From Vicugna vicugna (Eukaryota), in contig MU058796.1 in NCBI GenBank assembly GCA_013265495.1, positions 124,001 through 188,000 on the forward strand: 64,000 nucleotides of DNA, given 5' to 3'. This document shows positions 49,980 to 61,525 of the stretch, in pieces. Positions within the stretch are counted from its first letter, which is position 1. Each line of letters starts with the position of its first letter. The position numbers and the translations under genes are program-made. The notes under the pieces were generated by a model. It was not told the DNA's origin. It worked only from the letters and a program-made list of their open reading frames with translations, and ran no database searches.

Positions 49980-50145
49980 ATTGCACTTATTGTCTGTCTC
50001 CTCCATTAGGATTCAAGCTCCAGGAAGGCAAGTTTGTTTTGTCTGTTCTGTTTTGTTTCCACTTGCATACTCTAAGGGGCCTAAAATAGTACTTTGGCAC
50101 ATAGTAGGTATTCGGTAAATATTGATTGAATGGATGAATAAGTGA
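49980..50145 (+). mobile_element. L2a 3' end
   Basis: ttattgtctgtctcctcc...aagctccaggaaggcaag...ggcacatagtaggtattcggtaaatattgattgaatggatgaat. Confidence 0.85.
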
Positions 50146-50883
50146 ATCTGACATTGTAAGATTGAAGGCAGTAATTGGAAGGAAAGTGCTTCCTTTTGTA
50201 CCTACAGAGTCTATCATGTTCAATAAACTTGACACTTCTGTTAGGAAAAGCAATGCCTATGTCATTTAGCAAGCATGAAGTGGCTGGTAGATAAGGGGAG
50301 GGGCTGCTGGTCAGTTCAGCAATTGCAGTGCATTTCAGAAGTTATAGAGTATAGTCAAATTACTGCATGATGCTATACTATCAAGAACTTTTTTAAAATT
50401 TTTCCTACCAACAGTCTCATATTAAGGCTTATGATGCTTAAAATATTTCCAATGTCTTAGAGTTACTGAACCTCTTTCAGTTAGTAAGACCCTTAGTGAA
50501 ATTTCTTCCATCATCCATGGCCAATTACCTTTGTTTTTTTCAACTACTGGTCATTTTGTTTGAGATTGAGTTTTGAGTATGATGAACACTTTTCATTAGT
50601 TCATGTAGATTCGAGTAAAAATGAGAAAGATTGTAACTTTGACAGAGATACATGTTGGCATCTGTTTGAATTCTAAACTTCTCTAACAAAATACCTTGTT
50701 AGTAGGTGGTTTGTGATCCTAACACTGAGGACCCAGGGCCTAAATGCAATCAGAGTCAGCATCATTAGTTCTCTCAGTTTCTAAGGCATTATTAGTGTTC
50801 CATTTCTTTAGTTTTCTAGAACTCAACTGACATCAGTTTTTGTACATCAAAGTCAATAAGGGTATAATAAAGTGTTAAACTTC

Positions 50884-51022
50884 TTGGGAGTTGGAAATTT
50901 GCAAATATTAACTACTGTATATAAAATAGATTAAAATAACAAGTTTCTTCTCTATAGCATAGGGAACTATATTTAATATCTTGTAGTAACCTATAATGAA
51001 AAAGAATATGAAAATGAAAATA
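50884..51022 (+). mobile_element. LINE-1 3' UTR fragment (camelid-type), truncated at both ends
   Basis: gggagttggaaatttgcaaatattaactactgtatataaaatagat...tatagcatagggaactatatttaatatcttgtagtaacctataatgaaaaagaatatgaaaatg; flanked by aaacttc at 50877-50883 and 51023-51029. Confidence 0.85.
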
Positions 51023-52309
51023 AAACTTCCAGTGAAGAAAAAGTTTGTGCCTGAACATTTTTGAAAAATATATTTATGGGCATAAAAAATATATGCTTAG
51101 CATATTCATGATTATTGTATTTCACCATATGAGATGATGATGGTTCTTCTACCAGGGCATGTGAACTTCACTGCAAAGATGTGTGGATAATCACCCCCTC
51201 CCCGGAGCTGAGATTAACCATCACAGTTTCTGTTACTTTGGTTGATGTCCCAACAGCTCTTCTTTTTCCTCACTGCCTGACATCTTTGTTCAAAACTATC
51301 AACTAGCCTTTAAGCTATATAGATGAGATCTTTCTCAAAAGATTTTGAAACATTCATGCATATTTTAGAATATTTTATGAAATGAAATTAGGTATCTCTG
51401 TTTTTCTATTTCTTGAAATAAAAATTTAGCCAAATTTAATCTAATTTCTATCATTTAGTGGATGGTGAGAAAAGAATACTGCAACCATTAATAATTTTGT
51501 AAAGAAGTCATCTTTCGTAAGGAGAAAAACAACAATGAATTGTCATAGTAGAAGGGGTATTATTTCATATTATGAGAGGAGGTGGGCAGAGAAGTACAAA
51601 AGACAAGGAAAGCAGTGGAGATAACAATTGGGGCAAGCAGATCAAACGGAAGAGGAACAAAGTGTAGGGATGTCAAGTTACCAATTTAAGTGTCAACTTG
51701 GGTTAATGGTGGCTTTCTTGGGGCAGGTTGTTTAGAAAAAATTTAGGACTATCACAATCTGTGTAAGAAAGAGTATTATGATCACGGTGGAAGAATGGCA
51801 ACGTAGGGTCACAAAAGCAATGCATTTCCATTTCTGTTCTGGAAGGTAAAGTTGTCTGCCACAACAACAATGACAAAGCTGTGTTTTCAGAGGAACAAGA
51901 GCCATCATCAGTGTCAGAGAATCCTAGCTATGTCAGCCTTGAGGAACTAGTTCTGAATTTATTTTTTTTCCACTGAAAAGAAAATTCTTCCCACTAGATA
52001 TTTAAATTTAAACAAATACATTGTTTAGACAGAATGTAAACCAAAAAAAGAAAAAGGAGAATAAGATCACTTGACCATTTAAGGTTAATTCACATCTTTG
52101 AAGTCTCCATTATTCATCCTTAAACTACTCTGAGAACTTGAATACATGATTAGTGGGCTACTCTAAAGAATTACGCAGAGTACCTAAAGTGCTAGAATAT
52201 GAGGTAAATCTTCTTCCAGAGCTCAAAAAGAGGAGAAAAAGCTGGATTGTATTTACCATGGAAACAACCACCTTCCTGCTTTCCAAAGTGAAAACCTCCA
52301 CCTATGCTC

Positions 52310-52900
52310 TCTCTATTAACGTCAAGATCCTTCCTCCTTCCCTTACTAGACAAATTTATTGGAAGAATAGCATACATAGTTACCTACCATTTTTCTTCTT
52401 CCATTGACCTCTCAACTTCTTATAACAGACTTCATTCCATTCCACTGGAATCTCAGTAAATTCCTACTTAAATATTTGCTAAATGTCCATTTTGCAGTGC
52501 ATCATTAAACATCTTTCAGTATACCCTCTTTCAGGTAACATTTTGTTACTTTAACGTTCAAGAGACACTGTGGGGTTTTTTTGGTAGTCATACTACATCT
52601 TTCTCAAGCCCCTCATCTGGACCCACCTACTCTGGCAATAAGTGTTTTCTTAGATTCTGATCTCAAATTTCTCATTTCAAATGTTGGACCTCAGAAATGG
52701 TCGTGACAACCATGGATTAAACTGTATTTTTATATGATTGATGTCCAAATCTACCTGCCTAATCCATACCACCTAAATGTTGGCCTTGTGTTCCAGCTGC
52801 CCAGGAGAAATACCCTTGGTTGTCTTACACATACCTCAGTTCAACTTGTCTGGAATAAAAATTATCTTCTCTGTTCAGAGACCCGCTTTCCGTTCTGTCC
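52310..52900 (+). mobile_element. L2 internal fragment (degraded)
   Basis: tatatgattgatgtccaaatctac...tgttccagctgcc...cctcagttcaacttgtc resembles the L2 ORF2 region. Confidence 0.5.
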
Positions 52901-52944
52901 TCCAAATCGGTTGACAGTTCCTGGCAACCTACTCTTGAACTGAT

Positions 52945-53140
52945 ACTCTGTACCCTCCATGCACTTTGCTACAGTTTACATGTGTCATATCGTATAATGG
53001 GCACAGTAACCCTCTGAGATGGATTATGATGTGAGCTTTACAGATGAGGAAATGGAGGCACCAAGAAGTTAAGTAACTTGCCCAAAAGGACTCTCGGCTA
53101 ATAAGTCATGGAACCAGGATTTCTCCTGACATCTGACTAT
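52945..53140 (-). mobile_element. MIR SINE
   Basis: cacagtaaccctctgagat...tttacagatgaggaaatggaggcaccaagaagttaagtaacttgcccaa...ggaaccaggattt. Confidence 0.85.
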
Positions 53141-55199
53141 TTTGAGAGAAATAATATTTTTGTGTCAACCTGGAGAAAACACATAAGGAGAGGTAGGCTT
53201 ATTCTGTTTCTACAGAGAGCAGAACTGGAACAATGTATAGAGATTATATGAATATAGATTTCAGTCAGTTGATCAAAGAATGTTTTTAGAAGTGCATTAA
53301 TAACAGAAAGTTTCCTGGCAAAGTAATGGCTTCAGACTCAGGACTGTTGAAGAAAAAATCTTTGGGTAGAGAAGAAATTTAGACTTGTAAACTTCACAAC
53401 AGAGTAATATCCCCTGACACTGCCTCATTTGGATAATAGATTTAGTAGTCTGCTTACTAATCATATGAAAAACTAAAGAGACGCACAGGAACATTGAATA
53501 AATATACTGCATATTGGGTAATCAATGTATGGTGTTTTAAACAGTCTAAAATCAGGAAAATTTTAGTGAAAATTATAGGAAAAAAGTTATTTTTTTCTTT
53601 ATTTAGTGGTTCAGCTGCTGTAGGTCATGTCGTGTTCTCTGTTCTGAAAAGCAGTTACCAGGGCTGCTGCAAAGGTTTCTAAATGATCTGTCCCTATAAT
53701 TGTAGTTCTGGTTATAACATCCTTTTGTGTGGTTTCAATAGGAAGAGGGTGAAAAGTGCGATGGAACAAATCTGACACTGTGTTACAAAATTGAAGAGAA
53801 CATTTTTTGTATGTTTGGGTGTGATTTTTGCTTTTTTCCTATAGGTGTAGTACATCTGTGTTTTATGTAGCTTGGGTTTTTGTCTGTTTTTATTTTTTAA
53901 CGTAGACTTTATTTGTTGTTGTTGGTGGTGTTTTAATCTTTGCTTTCAGAAGGGGTCTGTGCTCAGGACTTTGCGTCATGTGATAATCGTTCCTCAGGGG
54001 AACTGGTAAATAGGTGCAGTGGACAAGAGGAGTCATCATCACCCAACTAAAACCATAGTGGGGAAAATATGAAAGGTGAGGTACCAGAAAAGAGAGGCTG
54101 GAATTCATGCTTGGTTCCTGTGGCCAAGCAGGCTGGGCAATATGCCCAGGGTTCCAGCTGATTCTGCGGAGGCCACTGGCAGGTGCCTACAATTAGACTC
54201 TGTTCATCCACTTTAATTAGCACCTCATCACTTTCAGCTTGGTGTCACCCAGCTGGCTAGAGCAAGATGACACCTCCAGCTTGAACTGGGCTCCATTCCA
54301 TTTTCTTGGAGCTCATGGAGACATGTGGTGCTTTCTTTAAGTGCAGCTGGTGCTGGCACTTTTCATTGTAAATTTAAATCTCTGTTTGGAAAAAGGTGAT
54401 AAGAACAGTTTGTTTCAAGTCCCTGGTGTTTAAGCCTTAAGCAATTCCCAGCAAATACATCCAAGGCTCCTTCTGGTTTGATGGGTTACAATTTGTAGTC
54501 TTATTAATAGTAGCAGTGTTCAGAGTCTCCTTAATGATACGCATCCCAAAGAAGTCTCTACATGGGCATGAGTGTTTCTCTGTGGTTCAAAGTTTGTGCT
54601 GATTGCTTTTAGCATTTTTGGTGGTGCTTGTTGATCACTGCAAGTTACAACAAAAATACCAGCATCTGCATGCATTTATTTGAGCGTTTTTTTTTTTCTT
54701 GTTTCAGTGGGGCAAAAAATGGGATGCTTTATAGATGCATTCCATTTTATTGCAGTTCTTCCTCAAAAACATTGGGTGCTAATATCCAAGACTGCACAGT
54801 GAGCTACTAAGAGCTTAATGTATTCTGTTTTTCTGTACAGTTACTGCACCATCAGTATTTAGCCAATTTCTTTATAAATTATTTTGATGTGTGTTGTGCT
54901 TGAAAGTTATTACATAAATAGCGTTTTAGTCTATTTTATAATTAATTTGTATGTCTCTTGGCTTTTATGCCCAATATTAGAATTGTTGATTAAAATATTT
55001 GCCTTATTGATTTCTTCTTAAGCTCCTTTACATACTCTCTTGTCATTAGGATACCTAAGATTTGGAGATAGGGAATGAAATAACTCAAATTAAAATTACT
55101 TCATTTTTATATAACACTCTCAGCAACCTACTACATGTCTTCACTTGTTCTCTCAACTTCAAGGTCACCCTTTTAAAATTATCATTACATATCATAATA

Positions 55200-55362
55200 A
55201 TACCTTAAATTATATGCAAAATATTTTCTGGACATTATCAAATTTGTTTCTCGTAACAATTCTGAATTTTATAGGTAAGGAAACTGAAATTCAGACAAGC
55301 TAAATTGTAGGCTGGGGTCACCCAGCTAATGACAGATTTGGCAGATCCCAAGCCCAGTCTCT
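55200..55362 (-). mobile_element. MIR fragment
   Basis: tctcgtaacaattctg...ttttataggtaaggaaactgaaattcaga...ggtcacccagctaa. Confidence 0.65.
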
Positions 55363-55489
55363 GTATATAACACAAGGCTGGAAACCCTCTAACTGGCTCT
55401 AGACTGACCTACCTACCTTTCACCAGAATCTCTCACTTAGTAAACAACCAACAAGGGCAACGAGGACGCCTTAGGCATTAGTAAGGGCC

Positions 55490-55655
55490 TCGGACATTAT
55501 TAACCATGTTATTTTGTCCTTGTAGTTGAACTTCCCAGAGCCTACTTTTATTATTTGTAAAATAGATAAAATCATGTCATTCTCACATGACTATTATAGG
55601 GATTAGATAAGGTAAGAGATCAAATATTTAGCACAGTAAATGTTAGCTACCTTCA
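55490..55655 (+). mobile_element. MIR fragment
   Basis: atttgtaaaatagataaaat...ctcaca...gggattagataag...atttagcacagtaaatgttagcta. Confidence 0.55.
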
Positions 55656-55927
55656 TTTCTCTTTTATATCAAAAATGTAGATGCCTAACCTAATATTACA
55701 GATGAAACAATATTCTCAGCTGGTCAGTTAAGAACTGTATGGTATTTATCTTGACAATTCGCCCTGAAGCAGAGTAATATTTCAAATATAAGTTTTATTT
55801 CAGAACATATGGTATATACCTACCCTACCTCTATATAAAACAGGTGGAGAATTTTTTTTTATTACAGAAGTTATAGATAAATATATTGGGAAAAGAAAGT
55901 ACACATTTTCTTAACCTTTTCTTGATT

Positions 55928-55945
55928 CATCATCATCATCATCAT
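55928..55945. repeat. (CAT)6 microsatellite
   Basis: read directly from the sequence. Confidence 0.85.
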
Positions 55946-56004
55946 CGTAGACTCATAGTAAAAGACAGCATTCACTATTCAACTACTGTTTTTTAAAATA
56001 AATT

Positions 56005-56160
56005 TATTTTATTCTTACAACAAAATTATCTGATGCATAGTTTTTATTAAACCCATTTTGCAGGTGAGTAAACTGAGGTGCAAAGAGGCAAGGTCATCTA
56101 GTGCAGGAATTTATGCTAGTCAGTCTGATAATAGTGCCCATGTTCAACCATCACAATATA
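56005..56160 (-). mobile_element. MIR fragment
   Basis: cccattttgcaggtgagtaaactgaggtgcaaagagg...cagtctga...gcccatgttcaacca. Confidence 0.7.
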
Positions 56161-59100
56161 CTACCTTAAAATAGATTAACTATCATTTGTAAGAGTAATT
56201 TTATCAACCTAATGACTGTAGTAATGAAGAGATGACCTAAACTTTTTATTCCCAGATTAGAACATAGATGTGTTTCAGCATTTATGTCATGTCTTTACTT
56301 GTTAAAATTAGTCATTGTCAATAAAACTACTCAATAATATCGACAATAGAAACAAATTGAAGAAATTTAATTTGAACTTTGGGTAACACTAAAAGTATTT
56401 GTTCATTAAATATTTTCCAGTTATTTCTATGTGTCTAGTGGCAGTTATTTTTAACATTAAAAATAACTGCAGATATTGGAAAATTATTTGTGAAAATAAT
56501 AGAGGAGCTAATTGCAATTTCTAAAATAGGAAGCCCAATAAACTGTCAACAGGGAAATAATTCCACAAAATTCAAGCTTTAGGAAAAAAAAACCTTCTAT
56601 TCAAATTATCTCAGATGTAAAATCACATAGGAAGTATTTCCCCCAGGAAGGTTGTGTATTAATTCCGTAAAGAGAGAGGAAGAAATAAGAAGAATGCAAT
56701 ATTCGACATCTCTTTTAATGCGTTAGTCATCCTTTTGAGGTTGTCTCCACTGTATCTCATGAGGTTACAGGGAGGAGCTGTGGCCCCTAGCTCAGCAGCT
56801 CTTGGGCAAATGGGCAGTTGCCTAGGGCTGGACCGGCTATGGGCAGCCAGCAGCCTTCCTCGCCCTGTTTTGGAGAAGAACCAAGAGTTGTGTTTTGTTA
56901 ATCTGGGTAACCTCATTTTCTTCTCATTTAACTAGTGAGAGTTAATTGAACTACCTGCTGAGATCTCTGGCACATAGCTAAATAAGGTGAAATGAGGTTA
57001 CAATGTTCCCTAACCCACTTTTGGCCCCATTTACAGTATGGGCTGGTTTTCAAAGAGGGTCAGAAAACACTTTGAAAACAGCAGATTACATATCCAACTA
57101 CTTTGTAGATTCCTTGTTTTCCTGCTTCTTAATTCCACCCTCCCTGAATATTTAGTCCTTCCCTTTTTCTTCCCCTCCATCTCACCCAGATCCACTTCCC
57201 ATCTTTTCAAGCCAATTACCAGCAAATCCTTAGGACCTTCCCACCCATAACTATGTGGTCCATTGATGTTTCCAGACACATTGTGTCCACAGCTGTTTTC
57301 TACAGCTCTTTGTCTCCTAACAGACCTCACTAATCCCTGTTTCAGCCTGAAAAGTCTTTATCTATACAAGGTTAAGCATTACCTTGAAAAATAAAAATCC
57401 AGCTCACCAACTGCTTATAATACTTTAAAGTAGCAAGTTGTTTGATATTTTAGCACTTCTGTGACTGCATTAAGCAATTATTTAGGCTTTAGCAGAAACA
57501 TACTGGTTATTTCCAACATTAAGAACAGAATATAGCTTGTGGCCTCAAAAAAGTTTTAATAAAGCGTTATATGTTTCTGCATTGTTTTCCCTTTGAAAAG
57601 TGCTAGAGGAGGAGTCATTTCAGTATCTCTTCTTTTACTACTTAAGTAATACATGTTTATTAGGGAAAATTTTTGAATTCGAAAATATGTAATTACTAAC
57701 ATTTTTTACCTAAATTCATACATATAGTTTATTATACAGAAATGAGGCAAATAGCCATTTATAGCTTGTTTTGTCTGTGTGATTCTGAAACCAAAACCAA
57801 AATACCTGAATTAGCCATATATACTAATTGTCCTGTGTCCACATTATGTTGAAAGAATTCACTGAGTATTTTTCCTTTACTTTTAACTTGTGTTTCCACG
57901 ACTATCAGTGCTTTATGCTAGTAGAATAATAGTAATTATAAAATTGATAAAATATATCACAGCAGGAGTACATCTTTACTTTGTATTAATGAATGTAGCA
58001 GACCTTAGATAGGATTCTGTTTGTAGATGTGATATAAATAATTCCTTCTTATAGATTATCATTTTAAGCCTTACACTTGCATTATACACATCCTTACATT
58101 TTACATTAAACACACAGAGACTTATATACCACTATGTTTTTATTTAAATTGGTCATCATTTCCTCCTTGACTCCTCTTGCTTTCTCAAATATATTTATGT
58201 GTGAATATAACTAAGTTTGGGAGGTTATTTTACTTACTTAGTCTCCAAACTTACTGTAGAAAGTTGACCACCACATGACACCACAAAGGGGAACAAACTA
58301 TAATCCTCATGCATAGACTCACCAATGAAACAGTTCTTCATGAGCTGTGTTATAAAACCTGAACCCAAACCTAACATGAACGTCATAGGATTGTTTCTAA
58401 AACTATGTCTGGTTTATACGCCTCCGATGAGACACTCTTTAGACCTTTGAGTTCGAGTTAGGAGTGATAAGTGCCTTTCATTTTGAATGTTACCTAACCA
58501 GTTTTTAAAAGAAGTCAAGAAGACTATGAAGCAGCCAAGATGAATGCTGAAGCACCTTGTATCTTTAGAAGCATAGAAGTGTACTGACAAACTACAGAAT
58601 ATTCTTGGGTCAAATTTTAAAAAGGGAGAGAACAGTGCATAGCTGAGCCAAATAATTATCTGATAAACAGCTATTTCTATTTCAGGGTAATTCATTCTTT
58701 CCCTGCTAATGCCACATAAACCCCAAACTGCATAGGAATATATATTCTTTTTTCAGAAGCAAAAAAAAAAAAGAGTTAGCAATGTGTAAGCAGAATCAAG
58801 AAGCCAGGCATAGTGAAGTCTTACATTTCCACACATATTATCAGTCATAGAATGATTAGAGTATAAAAATAGGAGATATGTTGACCAGGATATTTTTTAC
58901 ATTGGATGTGACTTGATATTTGAGCTTAAACAAGGTGTTTTCAACCCTATTTCCTTTCATAAAGCTTTTAATAGACATATGGAAATGGAAGACATATGTT
59001 TAACAATTATGAAATAAGCTCATTTCAAACTCTCTGGAATAAGACTGAATGTTCTCTAAATCATGGTGTCTGTGATTTTCAAAAGACTAAATCAAATCCC

Positions 59101-60315
59101 CAAATGAAAGCAATTGTGATGAAGTTAATTAAGACAAGTTTGTGGCTATATTTGATCATTTTTAAAGGGTATAAGTTTCTAAAGGGTATAGGTTTTCATG
59201 TTTTAAATTGTGTAAGTCTTCAGTATAAAAGGACCAGCTCCTCTCACCAGATGTATGTTTATATCTGCTGGGGGCTACTTATACACATGTAATGTTGGGA
59301 AATAAATCCCCTGTTGATCTGGCTTTTATAAATTTAATTTAAGAATAAAATTCAAAAATCAATTGATCACACAATGGGATAAAAATGTATGTCCACATTT
59401 CCTTGTTAAATCTAATTACTTAAAGAATACATTCTTAAAACTGAAAACTCTTTTCTAGTTCAAAAGACTAGACTACAGAGAAGAATGAAACAGCTTGCCC
59501 ATGTCAACAGATCATTTTATTCAGGCTCCAGGTTTCTGAATGAACTTCCACACAGACCCTTGTAGACATCTGAACTCCATAAATCCACAGGTGTTTAAGG
59601 AGCCCTAAAGGCTGGGTCGGATACCAGACCTGTCCCACTATGACTTTACAAGGATTTCTTACTGTGTAAACAACACTTGCAAGGATTTCTCTTTACTGCT
59701 GAGTAAAACCAGTAGCAGGAAGAGCCACTTTTAGTTTTCTTCCCTAAACTGTGATTCAGTTCAGTTTTGCTTCAGTTAGAAGTTGTGTATAGTAGGTCAT
59801 CTTGTTCCCAGTGTAGGTAGGATTTTGGTTCTTTGCTTTGTGAGTAGGACAACTTGGCACAAAACCCAGCTTCTTAAAAGGAAAAAAAAAAAGTAGCCAT
59901 TTTATAAGAGAAAATGTATCCTGTTATAGTGATTTTTCATCTTTCCACATACTATACTAAAAAAGATTTGAAATACTCAAATATCATTTATTTGTTCCCC
60001 TGCAAAACTAGGTTTGCACATCTCACGTAGCCTTCCCTTAAGGGAAATTTGAGTGAACGTAGTATAAGCAAATGAAGGTTTCTACCCATAAAATGTCTGG
60101 AAAATTTAGTTTCGTTTTCATTTTGCTTCTTTTTTGTTTTGTTTTAGTAATTAAGCCAGAAACCAGATTCAGAGGGAAAATTCAGAAGAAAAACTAAAAG
60201 CTTTTTAGGATGATAAATATACTGTATGTCTTGAGTGCTATGGCAAGCTGTGATATTCAAATGTCCCTTGATAGAATGTTATTAGTTTAGCTAGACTGGG
60301 AAATTGAGTCTAAAG

Positions 60316-60353
60316 AAGAAAAGCAAGAAATTTAAAAGAAAAGCAAGAAATTT
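60316..60353. repeat. short tandem duplication (period 20)
   Basis: aagaaaagcaagaaattt at 60316 and again at 60336. Confidence 0.85.
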
Positions 60354-61424
60354 GAAGAGTAAAAATAAGGTTACCTATCTGAGTAGTATACAGTAATTAG
60401 AAACTTAGAAAAGAAATCAAAATCATAAGGGGATTTTCAAGATCAGAAGAACTCAGAGGGAAAAATGTAAAAGTCTGTAAGGGAGGTTGTCTGCAAAGGC
60501 ATAATTAACTCAAATTAAAAGCCTAGAGTCTCCATATTGCTCCTGTTTTAAGATTGCAAGTGATTTTAGGAATATGTTTATGATAAAAGTTTTCTGTCAC
60601 ATATTAAAAAGGTATACTTTGAAGCATACTTGGTATTGAAGTAGAATAGAAACATAAACATCAAAATGTCCCTTTAAATGATGTAAATGATATTTCTGTG
60701 CCTTGGTTTAAATGCAGTATTTTACTTTTTAAAAAGTATTTCTAAGATTCCTCAAGAGCAATGAATACAAGTATCCTAGGGAAATAATAGTTTCTTAGCC
60801 CTGCTGTAGAGTACACACAAGCGTCTTCAGATACCAACGAGTCCTGTGACCTCTCTGCATTGGGAAGGTTGCTGAGGAGCACTGCCCCTGCTCCATGATG
60901 AACAGACAAACATTTGGGAAAGAAAAAACCAGATCCACTCAAGTAAACATTGATTAGCAGTCAGCCTGATTCACCTATCAATGAATCATGTATTAATGAT
61001 GAATCGAGTGAAGGACTGAAGATCAAAGACCATCAGCACGTAAAAGTAAAGACTCAGAGTTAACCCCCACAAGAGATTAGACAGCAGCAGGGCCAACACC
61101 TCTGCCTCCTGTACAACACTCTCCTCATACTTGGTGTGCGTGTACAACTTCAGCAGTTTTTTTTTTTTCTTGATGCCTTCTGTATATAAGCCACGGTGTT
61201 GTCTGTCTTGTGAAAACATACCTAAATCTTTCCTTTGAACATCGTCAGCAGGAGGAGATTGTCATTTCTGAGAGGAGTTTGGTTTTGAAAATAAGCAGGA
61301 GATAATTTGCAGCCATGTTTAGCAAGTCAGATGAGTAAACAAGTCAGACAATGCACGTGTAGTCAAAATCCTGTGTGCGTGTCTTCACTGGCCCTCCTGT
61401 ACTTTACTTACATCATCTCTTTAT

Positions 61425-61525
61425 AAGGCTGACCTTCCCTGGGCTACAAGTTCCTCAAGGTCAGGAACCAAGTTACTGTCATCTTTATTTCAATTCGTAG
61501 CTCATGGCTCATTGGTTGAAAAGAA
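61425..61525 (+). mobile_element. L2 3' fragment
   Basis: aagttcctcaaggtcaggaacc...tcatctttatt. Confidence 0.45.

Noticed and set aside
55265..56070. AG|GTAAGG (~55273) and CAG|GTGAGT (56063/56064) recursive-site-like motifs
   Set aside because: Both derive from the MIR core ttttacagatgaggaaactgag by point mutation, a common chance source.
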